Shown piece after piece: positions 49,140 through 58,475 of a DNA stretch of 64,000 nt. The notes beneath the pieces are model-generated. The model made no database searches. It was not told the DNA's origin and worked only from the letters and a program-made list of their open reading frames with translations. The stretch's first letter is position 1; every line of letters starts with the position of its first letter. Origin of the DNA: Elusimicrobiota bacterium (GTDB taxonomy: Bacteria; Elusimicrobiota; Elusimicrobia; UBA1565); contig JBDRPD010000083.1 in NCBI GenBank assembly GCA_043827405.1, positions 64,001-128,000 of the forward strand, given 5' to 3'. A program made the position numbers and the translations under genes.

Positions 49140-50642
49140 ATGAGTCCGGTGCGCAAACAGCAAGAGGAACTGTACCGGTTCCATAAGGAGCTCAACCGGC
49201 CCTTTTCGGGACCGGAGGAGCTGCTGTCACGCGGGCTGCGTTGCATCGCGGAGCTGCTGCGCGTTGATCGGATCAGCCTGTTCGACTACCGGCCCGAATC
49301 CCGGGAGCTGGCGCGGCGCTGCTGTCTCAACCGCGATCTGTGGCTGGAGATGGGCGAGGAGATATACCTTCCGGAAGGTTCGGACCTGCACAAGCTGGCC
49401 GTCGGGCGCGCGGCCTACGTCGGCTTCGTAAAGCCGCATCCGATACTCTACCTGCCGCTGTGCTGGCCTCCCGGCAAGGAGAGCGAGACGCTCGGCATCC
49501 TGCGCCTGGAACGCACCGGCGGCAAGCAGGCGCTCTCCGCTGCTGAGCGGGATTTCGCCCTGGGACTGGCGGCCGAACTGGCGCAGAACCTGCAGATGGA
49601 ACAGGCGACCAATGTTCGCAAGCGGCAGCTTAAGCGCATGGAGACGCTGACGGACCTGACGGCCATCTTCGCGACGTCGCTGCGCGTGGAAGACGGCCTA
49701 AAGCTGATCCTGCAGGGAATCGCGCAGCATTTCCAGCTCGATCGCGTACGCCTCTATCTCGTTGAGCACGGCCGCGAAGTCCTGCGCGGCGAGCTCTCGG
49801 TCGACATCCGCGGGCGGGTCGTCGGACTGCGTTCGGTCGAGATCCCGCTCGCCTCCAGCGAGCATCGCTTCGCCAAGATCCTGCGCGGCGAGGGGCTCGA
49901 CGAGCATATGAAGCGTTATCAGGAACGCGTCGTTTATCTGCCGCTGACGGTGCAGGGCGAGAAGAAGGGGCTGCTGATTGTCGACAACCTGATCTCGCAG
50001 CAGGCGATCGAGGGGCAGGATATCGGCTTGTTGAAATCGTTCGCCGGCCAGATAGCTCTCGCGGTCGACAACGCGCGGCTGTTTGATGAGGTTCAGGCAT
50101 TGTCGCTCTATGACAGCCTGACCAACCTGCCGGTGCGCCGCTTTTTTGACCAGCGCTTCCAGGAGGAGCTTTACCGGGTCGAGCGCTCAACGCAGCCGCT
50201 GTCGGTCGCGATGATTGATATCGACTATTTCAAGAGCGTGAACGACACTTTCGGCCATCAAATCGGCGACCAGGTGCTCAAGGAGATCGGGCGGATCATC
50301 CTCAAGAACCTCCGTAAGATCGATTTCCCCTCGCGCTACGGAGGCGACGAGGTGCTTATTCTGCTGCCGCAGGCGAACGAGGATGAGGCGCTCGCGATTA
50401 TGACGCGGCTCAGCCAGTCGCTCAAGGAGATTCGTATTCCGGTGCCGTTTTCCCGGCAAAAGGAGCTGTCGGTGACGGTTTCGGTCGGCCTCGCTTCGTT
50501 TCCGGCGGACGGCCGCAGCCAGAAACAGCTGCTGCAGAAAGCCGACGAAGCGCTCTATTGGGTTAAGTCGCGGGGGCGCGATGGCGTTTCGACGTATCGG
50601 CAGGCCGTCGCCGAAAGTCCGTCTTTGGTGGATAGAGAATGA
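49140..50642 (+). CDS. Cytoplasmic GAF-GAF-GGDEF diguanylate cyclase
   Basis: AVDNARLF, DSLTNL, DIDYFK.VNDTFGHQIGD, RKID I-site, RYGGDEV. Confidence 0.9.
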   Translation: MSPVRKQQEELYRFHKELNRPFSGPEELLSRGLRCIAELLRVDRISLFDYRPESRELARRCCLNRDLWLEMGEEIYLPEGSDLHKLAVGRAAYVGFVKPHPILYLPLCWPPGKESETLGILRLERTGGKQALSAAERDFALGLAAELAQNLQMEQATNVRKRQLKRMETLTDLTAIFATSLRVEDGLKLILQGIAQHFQLDRVRLYLVEHGREVLRGELSVDIRGRVVGLRSVEIPLASSEHRFAKILRGEGLDEHMKRYQERVVYLPLTVQGEKKGLLIVDNLISQQAIEGQDIGLLKSFAGQIALAVDNARLFDEVQALSLYDSLTNLPVRRFFDQRFQEELYRVERSTQPLSVAMIDIDYFKSVNDTFGHQIGDQVLKEIGRIILKNLRKIDFPSRYGGDEVLILLPQANEDEALAIMTRLSQSLKEIRIPVPFSRQKELSVTVSVGLASFPADGRSQKQLLQKADEALYWVKSRGRDGVSTYRQAVAESPSLVDRE

Positions 50643-52039
50643 AAAGGGTTATCGTTGCCGCGATGCTGCTGCTGCACGCCGCCGCGCCGGAGGTTTTTGC
50701 CGCGCTGGAAGAGGTCGGCTTTACCGCCCGTTCGACGGCTATGGGCGACGCGCTGACCGCCGACACCGGGGGGCTGGCGGGTTTGACGCTCAATCCCGCG
50801 ACGATCGGGCAGCTGCGGCGCGCCGAGATCGCCTTCGGCATCCGCCGGCTGTTCGACATCCCGGCCGGGAGAACGGATATCAACGGGATGAACTTCGGCG
50901 CGGCGTCGTCGCTGAAGTCCTATGGAATTCCCGGCGCGGTCGGCTTGTCTTGGAGCCATGACACGGTCCGCCCCGTCTCGCTCGACCGCGTGTTGGGGCT
51001 GACCTACGCTTCCAAATCCTGGCGGGAGTTCGGCCCCGGCGTGTTCGATATCGGTCTCACGGCGAAGCTGCTCAAGCGCGGGGGACGGGAAATAGGAGGA
51101 AGCTTCTCCAAGGTGTCTGTCGACGCCGGGACGTTCTACCGCTGGGGCGAGCGGCAGGCGGTTGGTTTTTCGCTGCTCAATCTCAACAGCCCGAAGACCA
51201 ACCTGCAGACGCCGCAGGGGAGCTATACCGACAAGGCTCCCGTCACCGCCAAGCTCGGCTATGTTCAGCGGGTGCGGCGTTTTACCGTCGCCCTGGATCT
51301 CTCGCGGCGCGGTCCCAGCGGCGGTTTTGGTACGACCTCGTCCGCTTCGGCGGGCGTCGAGCATGGCTGGGGTACGGCGAAGTACGGTTCTTTTACCGGA
51401 CGTTCCGGTCTAATCCTGTCGACGCGGGTGCGCTCCTGGAGTTTGGGCGGGGGATGGAACGCCCTCGGCACGCATGTGGACTACGCGGTGCGTATTCCGC
51501 TTTCCGGCGGCTCGCGCTGGAGCCATATGGTGACTCTCTCCTATCGTTTCGGCGAGTGGGACCCGGAGGTCGAGTACGAGAAGATCCTCAGCGACGAGAT
51601 GCGCTACCGCGGCGACCTGACGCAGGCGCTCGAATCGGCGGAAATTAAGCAGTGGAAACTGGCGGAAGAACTTCGCATCATGCGCGGCGAGATCGAGGAT
51701 CTGCAGCAGGCCCTCGCGGTCCAGACGTCCAAGACCGGGGAAGCCAAGGAGAAAATGCAGCGGGCGCAGCAGCAGCTTAAGGTCAAGCAGCTCGAGGAGC
51801 AGCGTCAGCGGGCGGCGCAGAGTCTGCGGCGGCTTAAGGAACAGCAGAAGCTTTTGCGCGAGCAGGATCGAGTCAATCGCCTAAAGGATGAGTGGATCGC
51901 CTACCAGAAGCTTAAAGAGCAGGGTGTCTCCGAGCTCGTTCTCATTGATCGCCTCAAGAAGATCCTGCGCCAGTTCAAGGGCCAGGGGGTGGACCTCGGG
52001 CAGGTACAGCGCGAGCTTAACCGGCTGATGGGGAGATAG
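50639..52039 (+). CDS. PorV/PorP-like beta-barrel with C-terminal coiled coil
   Basis: Signal peptide, ARSTAMGDA..NPA motif, barrel ending TLSYRF, then an E/Q/K heptad tail. Confidence 0.65.
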   Translation: MKRVIVAAMLLLHAAAPEVFAALEEVGFTARSTAMGDALTADTGGLAGLTLNPATIGQLRRAEIAFGIRRLFDIPAGRTDINGMNFGAASSLKSYGIPGAVGLSWSHDTVRPVSLDRVLGLTYASKSWREFGPGVFDIGLTAKLLKRGGREIGGSFSKVSVDAGTFYRWGERQAVGFSLLNLNSPKTNLQTPQGSYTDKAPVTAKLGYVQRVRRFTVALDLSRRGPSGGFGTTSSASAGVEHGWGTAKYGSFTGRSGLILSTRVRSWSLGGGWNALGTHVDYAVRIPLSGGSRWSHMVTLSYRFGEWDPEVEYEKILSDEMRYRGDLTQALESAEIKQWKLAEELRIMRGEIEDLQQALAVQTSKTGEAKEKMQRAQQQLKVKQLEEQRQRAAQSLRRLKEQQKLLREQDRVNRLKDEWIAYQKLKEQGVSELVLIDRLKKILRQFKGQGVDLGQVQRELNRLMGR

Positions 52040-52046
52040 GCGCGTC

Positions 52047-53489
52047 TTAGAACCGGAAGTAAAGGAACTCTTGGGACGTGAACTCGCCCAGCAGCAGCAC
52101 CGCCCACGTCGCCGCCAGATAGAAACTCCAGCGGATCAGGACGCCGCGCCGCGCGATGGAGCGTTCGATGTCCTCGCGTCCGGCGAGCAGGTAGACGGCT
52201 TCCATCGCGGCGAGCGCGCAGAGGACCGTCGTAAAGTCGTGCTCACTCCAGACCGGGCCGAATGAGAAGCCTCGCACGAGCGCCGCGGGCGCGCTGAGTA
52301 TTTTGCGGATAATCAGCCAGGCCGAGCGCAAGCTCTCGGCGCGAAAGAGTATCCAGCCGACACCGACCAGGTGGAAGGTGAACAGCGTCTTAAAAGCGCG
52401 CGCCGCAAAAGAATCACCGAGGGATTTTAGCTCGATCTTGGCGTCCAGAACGAGCAGCAGTCCGTGGTAGGCGCCCCAAACGGCGAAGGTCCAATTGGCG
52501 CCGTGCCATAGCCCGCTGGCCAAAAACACCGCCATTAGGATCAGCGTGTGGGCCGCCCTGGCGGCTGCCCCGTCGGCCGCCGCCCAGCGTATGTATAAGG
52601 GAACGAAAAGATAGTCGCGTATCCATGTGGACAGCGATATGTGCCACCGCCGCCAAAACTCCGAGATGGACCGCGCGGTGTAGGCCCGATTAAAGTTCTC
52701 GGTCAGATCGTAGCCCATAATTCGGGCCGAGCCGATGGCAATATCGGTGTAGGCCGAGAAATCGCAATAGATTTGAAAAGTGAAGCAGTAGGCCGCCAGC
52801 AGCAAGTCCGCCGGGGAAGCGGATGCCGGCGCGCCGAAGGCCGTGTCGACAAAAACCGCCAGCCGGTCTGCGATCACGAGCTTCTTGTAGAAGCCCCAGA
52901 GGATGCGGATCAGGCCGGCGCGCAGGCGCTCATAGTCGAAAACCTGTTCCTTCTTCAGTTGGGGCAGCAGGTGTTCCGGACGTTCGATCGGCCCCGCGAC
53001 GAGCTGGGGAAAAAACGCGACATAGAGCGCGAACATCCCCAGGTGCTTTTCGGGCTTGATCCGCCCCCAGTACACCTCGATGGTGTAGCTCAGAGTCTGG
53101 AAGGTATAGAACGATATTCCTATGGGGAGCAGGACGTCGAATGCCGGCAGATCGTAAAGCAGGTTCCCCCGGCTAAACAGCGCCTCGAGCGAGGCGCAGG
53201 CGAAATTGAGGTATTTGAACGCGAAGAGCAGGCCGAGGTTCGCGGCGAGACTGAAGATCAGATAGGGGCGGCGCGCGCTTTTGCTCTTCAGCGCGCCCAT
53301 CTTCAGGCCCGCGAAGTAATCAATTAGAGTCGAAGCGAGAATCAGGAGGATATACTCGACCTTCCAGCACATGTAGAAGTAGTAGCTCGCCGCCAGGAGC
53401 AGAATCCAGCGGCGGCGCGGCGGCAGCAGGAAATAAATGGCGATGACGGCGGGGAGGAAAACGGCGAACAGGAGCGAGTTGAAAAGCAT
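52047..53489 (-). CDS. MBOAT O-acyltransferase (AlgI/DltB-like)
   Basis: MLFNS, LPIGISFYTFQ, FFPQLVAGPIER, EFWRRWHISLS, GLWHGANWTF, FLYFRF. Confidence 0.93.
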   Translation of the reverse strand: MLFNSLLFAVFLPAVIAIYFLLPPRRRWILLLAASYYFYMCWKVEYILLILASTLIDYFAGLKMGALKSKSARRPYLIFSLAANLGLLFAFKYLNFACASLEALFSRGNLLYDLPAFDVLLPIGISFYTFQTLSYTIEVYWGRIKPEKHLGMFALYVAFFPQLVAGPIERPEHLLPQLKKEQVFDYERLRAGLIRILWGFYKKLVIADRLAVFVDTAFGAPASASPADLLLAAYCFTFQIYCDFSAYTDIAIGSARIMGYDLTENFNRAYTARSISEFWRRWHISLSTWIRDYLFVPLYIRWAAADGAAARAAHTLILMAVFLASGLWHGANWTFAVWGAYHGLLLVLDAKIELKSLGDSFAARAFKTLFTFHLVGVGWILFRAESLRSAWLIIRKILSAPAALVRGFSFGPVWSEHDFTTVLCALAAMEAVYLLAGREDIERSIARRGVLIRWSFYLAATWAVLLLGEFTSQEFLYFRF

Positions 53490-53490
53490 C

Positions 53491-54405
53491 CTACCGCGAC
53501 TCCATGAGGCAGGGCTTGAGATAGCGCGCGCTGAACAGCTCCACCCCCGCGGTATTCAGGTGCTCCGGATTTGAGTAGCTTTCGAGATCGGGCATCGCTG
53601 TCCGGAAATCGTGGTAGGGGACGTTGTGCCGCATCCGAAACAGCTCCAGGAAGCCCAGCCAACGGTCAAGACCGCCGGGCGCGAGTTCGATGTGCGAGTT
53701 ATAGGCGGCGGGCAGGAGCACGATATGAACTTCGGAGCCGTGGCGCTGAGCCAGGGCGGCCGTTTCCTCCAGCTCGCGGACGTACCTCTCAAAGTGCGGT
53801 ATGGGGCCGGGAAAGGTGAGGCTGCCCAGCCGCGTCTCGATTTCCGCTATCGAGATGGCGGTCATTTTTTCGTCGTCGCGGCCGGACAGGTATGGACGCC
53901 GCCGGTAGGGCGGCGCGAAACGCTTGAGAAAGTAGCCGAGCAGCCGGCGGGGGCGCAGTCCGGCGCGCAGCGCGTGCGGCAGGATTCCGAGGCGCAGGGG
54001 TTCGTCTTCCAGGAAATTGTGGTCCTCATTGGTTTCGGGGCCGAGGAGATTGAAGAAGTCGAGGAAAATGAGGACTTTGTCCGCCTGGTTGCCGCGGGCA
54101 TAGAAGTAGGATAGGAGGATGCGCGCCGGAACGATTCCGGCGCCGTCTTCGGATAGGTTGACGATTTTCTTGTCGAGGATTTTCTCGACCCGGCCGTGAT
54201 TGCCGTATTGGGAAAAGGCCCGTCCGCGCGAGGAGCCGAGAAAGACCAGATCGGTCCGGGTGTCGCGGGGCACGAAATACAGCACCTGCTTCGACGCGCC
54301 GGGCTCCGCCGGAGTGTAGCCATGCTCGACGTAGGCGGCCGCGGCCGCATAGATGGCGGCGTTTAACGTCAGGTACAGCGTTAGCTTGGTGAGCGCGCGC
54401 TTCAT
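53491..54405 (-). CDS. SGNH/DltD-like periplasmic acyltransferase partner
   Basis: N-terminal TM, FLGSSRG, PEHLNTAG (D/ExHLN); adjacent to the MBOAT gene. Confidence 0.7.
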   Translation of the reverse strand: MKRALTKLTLYLTLNAAIYAAAAAYVEHGYTPAEPGASKQVLYFVPRDTRTDLVFLGSSRGRAFSQYGNHGRVEKILDKKIVNLSEDGAGIVPARILLSYFYARGNQADKVLIFLDFFNLLGPETNEDHNFLEDEPLRLGILPHALRAGLRPRRLLGYFLKRFAPPYRRRPYLSGRDDEKMTAISIAEIETRLGSLTFPGPIPHFERYVRELEETAALAQRHGSEVHIVLLPAAYNSHIELAPGGLDRWLGFLELFRMRHNVPYHDFRTAMPDLESYSNPEHLNTAGVELFSARYLKPCLMESR

Positions 54406-54536
54406 AGCTTACGGCTATTAAAGTAAATCAGGGCGGCTGAGTTTCTGTAACAACTCCGTTATAGATTTTACGCCGCGGTCTGTTAATATGATGAAGCCGA
54501 GCGGCGTCCCGCAGGGGACGGCGCTCGTTTAGATAT

Positions 54537-56393
54537 ATGAAGCCGGAAGATCTCCAGAGCGAACTCGACGAACTATGGAAGCGCGTCAGCTCCGGTCCCG
54601 TGCCTATGGCGTTGGGGGCGGGCGCGCTGCCGCCCGTGCCGATCAGCGGCGGGGATATATCGTCGATGACGCGCGATGCTTCGCTCGAGGCCGTCTCCTA
54701 CCTGCGGCGCCAGCACGATGCGGAGCTGCTTCGCCTGCGGCAATTCTCCGAGCTCAAAGACCGGACGGTCCGCGAGCTGACTGATCGGCTGCGGGCGGCG
54801 GAACAGGAGATTTCCAGCCTGCGCGCGAAGTCCATGCGAGGTGACGCCGCGATCGTGCAGCATATGGAGGGCGCCGCCGCCGAACTGGCGGATGCCAAAA
54901 AGATGCTGCAGATCCAGGATGAGCGGTTCGCCGAAGAGGAGAAGATTTTACGCGGCGTCGCGGAGAGTACGCGCCAACAGCTGGCCGCGGAGACGGCGCG
55001 CTGGCGCGAGCTGGAGCGCCAGTGGAATGAGCGCGAGCAGCAGTATCTGCTCGATATCCGTGAGCTCCAGGCGCGCGCCGAGCGCTCGACCGAGGAAGCC
55101 GCCGCGCAGGAGGGCCGCAGCCGCCATGCCCTCAACGATTTGCGGGAGGCGAAAAACGCTATTGAGCGGACGCTGGCGGAGCTCCTCCAGGAGCGCAAGG
55201 AGCGCGAGCAGTCCAATGGGGAGCGCGATAAGGCGCTCGGCCGGGTGCGCGAGATTGAGGACCATATGAAGGGGCTGCAGCAGCTGTGGGATGAAGAGCG
55301 TTCGCAGTGGCAGGAGCTGTGGGATCGTGAGCGCTCCACCTGGGACTCGCAGCGCAAGGAGTACGCCAAGTGGGAAGGGACGCTGCGCAGCGAGCGTAAG
55401 GAATGGCATGAAACGCTTTCTTCGCTGCGTGAGCGCGAGTCCAAGTTCCACGAGACGATGGCGGAAAGCCTGCGCAAGTCCTCCGCTGTCGGCGAGAAGA
55501 TTACCAGCATGCTGCAGTTCGCCGCGTCCAAGGCGGTGGACGTCATCTCGTCCAAGCCGGGAGCCTCGGGCGCCGCCGTCGTGCCGGGGATGGCCGCGAC
55601 GCGGGTCGCGCCGCCGCGGCCGATGAGCTGGAAGAAGATGCTGTCCGCCGCCGTCGTCGTCGCCGTGCTGCTGTCCGCTTATCCGTTGTGGCAGCATGCT
55701 CACCGGCTGCGCTTTGAGCTGGTTGAGTCGCATGTGCTGCCGGCGGATAATCCGACGGGGATGGCATACGACGGCAATGTCCTGATGCTGTCCGACTGGA
55801 GCGGCACCATTTATTCACTCGACCCGGAAGAGCCCTCGGATATCATTTCCCAGCAGAGGGTGAAAGAATCCGGAGTCTATCATCCCAACGCGGCCGCGAT
55901 CTGGGGCGACGCGCTGTATACGTTGGACGCGGCGCAGAGTCGCATCCTCCGCCACCCTCTCACTTCCCCGGCCAAGATCGCGCTCTCCTGGCCGGCGCCG
56001 GGGCCGGCGCCGGTTACGCTGACCCATGACGGACAGAACCTCTGGTCCTACGATGCCGCTACGCGCGTAGTGTACCGGCACTTGGGAGAGGGCAAGGACT
56101 CTGAAGTAGAACCCTATAAGCTCGAGCTGGATATCCTGCCGAGCGCCATTACCTGGTTTAAAGATGAGCTGTGGGTCTACGACGCGAAAAGCCGCCATAT
56201 CATGCTGTTTGAGGTCGACGGCAAGAATTTGGATCTGCTGCGTTCGAAAGAGCTGGCGACGCCGCTGCAGTCGATTCTGCTCACCTACCGCGCCGACAAA
56301 GAAGGCAAGCAGCACCTCGAGCTTTGGGGCCTGCATGCTCCGACCGAGGGCGCGGAGCCGCCGGCGCTTAAAAAGTACCGCATAAAACGCTAG
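54537..56393 (+). CDS. Bitopic protein: long coiled coil, one TM, beta-propeller
   Basis: Heptad N-terminal region, TM (AVVVAVLL), repeated P.G/xDG.LW blades. Confidence 0.65.
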   Translation: MKPEDLQSELDELWKRVSSGPVPMALGAGALPPVPISGGDISSMTRDASLEAVSYLRRQHDAELLRLRQFSELKDRTVRELTDRLRAAEQEISSLRAKSMRGDAAIVQHMEGAAAELADAKKMLQIQDERFAEEEKILRGVAESTRQQLAAETARWRELERQWNEREQQYLLDIRELQARAERSTEEAAAQEGRSRHALNDLREAKNAIERTLAELLQERKEREQSNGERDKALGRVREIEDHMKGLQQLWDEERSQWQELWDRERSTWDSQRKEYAKWEGTLRSERKEWHETLSSLRERESKFHETMAESLRKSSAVGEKITSMLQFAASKAVDVISSKPGASGAAVVPGMAATRVAPPRPMSWKKMLSAAVVVAVLLSAYPLWQHAHRLRFELVESHVLPADNPTGMAYDGNVLMLSDWSGTIYSLDPEEPSDIISQQRVKESGVYHPNAAAIWGDALYTLDAAQSRILRHPLTSPAKIALSWPAPGPAPVTLTHDGQNLWSYDAATRVVYRHLGEGKDSEVEPYKLELDILPSAITWFKDELWVYDAKSRHIMLFEVDGKNLDLLRSKELATPLQSILLTYRADKEGKQHLELWGLHAPTEGAEPPALKKYRIKR

Positions 56394-56401
56394 TCTTTTC
56401 C

Positions 56402-58375
56402 ATGGCCAAGCGCAGGCGCGTAAAGCCGGCTGCCGACAGGCCGCCGACGGGGAATGACGCCGTTCCTGTTTCCCGCCGGGAAGCGGCGGCGGTCGGCGCG
56501 GTGCTGCTGCTCTGTGTCGCGTTTTTGTGCCTAACGCATATCCGCGACGCCGATACCTGGTGGCATCTCAAAACGGGGGAGCTGATCTGGCGCAGCGGCA
56601 TCCCACGCACCGACCCATTTTCCTATATCATCGGCGGCCGTCCCTGGCTCGCTTTCGAATGGCTCAGCCAGGTGATCTTCTACCCGCTTTTTCGCTTCGG
56701 CGGCGCGGCCGCCCTAACCGGCTTTAAGACGTTGGTGCTGGGAGCGGCTTTTCTGCTGTTGTGGCTGGTGCATCGAGAACGGCCAGTCCTCTCGGCGGCG
56801 GTGATCTTTGTCGCGGCTCTTGCCTGTCGGAATTCCTTTGTGGAGCGGCCGTGGATTTTCGATTTTCTCTTTGTCGCCGCGCTGACCGCGGCGTTTTGGC
56901 GCATAAGCTTCCGTGAGCCGCCTCGACACCTGCGCTGGAGCCTGCCGTTGGCGACGGCGCTATGGGCCAACCTGCACGGCGGCGCCGCCGTGCTGGCGCC
57001 CGTGCTCATCGCGGCGGCGGCCGGCGCCGAATGGCTGCGGGAGCGCCGGGTGCCGCTTGTTTTTTGGGGGCAGACCGCGGCGCTGTCGACGGCGGCACTC
57101 GCGGTGAATCCGCACGGGATCGCCATCATCGCGCATCTCTGGAAGACGGTGGATTTTCCTGCCAAGGAGCTTATTACGGAATGGCATGCTCCGACATGGG
57201 AACTGCGGGGCTTGTACGGGGCGTTTCTCGTCGCGGCCGCCGCGTCCTGGCTGCCGATGGCGCGGCGCCGGCCTTTCGCCGCGGCCTGGCTTCTGGTTCT
57301 GGGTGCGTCGTCTCTCCTAATAAGAAGGAATATCCCGCTGTTTCTCATCGCCGCGGTTCCGGCGATTGTGGATGCGGCGGGGGCTTTCGCCGGCCGCCGG
57401 CTTGCCGGCCGGACTGCGGCGGCCGCCGTTTGTCTGCTGATGCCCGCCGCGCTGTGGGCGCATACGCGCTATGCCAATGTCCTGCATTTTCGTCATTTGG
57501 GAATCGGCGCCGAGCCGGAGTTCGTAAAGGCGCTCGCATTTCTCGATGAGGTGGGGATAGAAGGCCGCATGTTTAATGAGTATGAGTCGGGGGGGCCCAT
57601 TATTTGGAACGCGGGACCGCGCCGGAAGGTGTTCGTAGACGGGCGCAGTCTTGAATACGGCTCGGCGCATGTACGCGCCGCGATGAATTGGTTCCGACCT
57701 GAGGTTTGGGCGCAGCTGGACGCCAAGTACGAATTCGATTACGCGCTGGTGCGCCGGCATACGCGGGGCTGGTATACACCGCAGGCGCTCGACCGTGATC
57801 CATCCTGGCGGCTGGTCTACTGGGATGATGAGTCCCTGGTCTATCTCAAGGTGAAGCGCGCGTATGCCGCGCTGCTGCGCGAGCACGGCTACTTATTGCT
57901 CAGGCCCGGGATGGGCTCACACCAATACCTCGAGCCGCTGCTCCGGGAGCCGGCGACGGCCGCCGCGCTCTTGGCGGAGCTTAAGCGCGCTCTGGCCCGG
58001 ACTCCCGACTGCGTCAACGCGCTCCTTATGACGGCTTACGTGCAGGCGCGCCGGGGAGACCTTACGGCGGCCGAGGCCGCGGCGCAACGTGCCGTCGCCG
58101 CGGCTCCCGAGCGCGCCCAACCGCGCTTGACTTTCGCCTGGGTTCTTGCCGCCGCAGGGAGTCTGGACCGTGCGCGTGCCGCCTACCTAAGCGCCTTGGA
58201 CTGCGTCGAACTGTGGGAGCGCGCCACTATCGGCGCCGACGTGCTCAATAACCTCGGTCGGGTCGAGGAGCGCCGGGGCGATGAGCGCCAAGCCATCCGT
58301 TATTATCGGCGCGCTCTGCGCTGGAACTCCAAGCAGGGTGACGCCCGTCACAGTCTGCGGCGGCTAAGCAGTTAA
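56402..58375 (+). CDS. Polytopic GT-C-like membrane protein with C-terminal TPRs
   Basis: DTWWHLKTG, EWLSQ, WANLHG, FVDGR, TPR-like NNLG..A..YYRRAL. Confidence 0.65.
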   Translation: MAKRRRVKPAADRPPTGNDAVPVSRREAAAVGAVLLLCVAFLCLTHIRDADTWWHLKTGELIWRSGIPRTDPFSYIIGGRPWLAFEWLSQVIFYPLFRFGGAAALTGFKTLVLGAAFLLLWLVHRERPVLSAAVIFVAALACRNSFVERPWIFDFLFVAALTAAFWRISFREPPRHLRWSLPLATALWANLHGGAAVLAPVLIAAAAGAEWLRERRVPLVFWGQTAALSTAALAVNPHGIAIIAHLWKTVDFPAKELITEWHAPTWELRGLYGAFLVAAAASWLPMARRRPFAAAWLLVLGASSLLIRRNIPLFLIAAVPAIVDAAGAFAGRRLAGRTAAAAVCLLMPAALWAHTRYANVLHFRHLGIGAEPEFVKALAFLDEVGIEGRMFNEYESGGPIIWNAGPRRKVFVDGRSLEYGSAHVRAAMNWFRPEVWAQLDAKYEFDYALVRRHTRGWYTPQALDRDPSWRLVYWDDESLVYLKVKRAYAALLREHGYLLLRPGMGSHQYLEPLLREPATAAALLAELKRALARTPDCVNALLMTAYVQARRGDLTAAEAAAQRAVAAAPERAQPRLTFAWVLAAAGSLDRARAAYLSALDCVELWERATIGADVLNNLGRVEERRGDERQAIRYYRRALRWNSKQGDARHSLRRLSS

Positions 58376-58475
58376 TCCCGTTCCGCAACACTTTCTTTAC
58401 TATCCATTAACAATTAAGCAACTCCTGGGACTTAGACTCATTATGTAGAGAGTCGCGCCAGGGTTTATTCACAAC

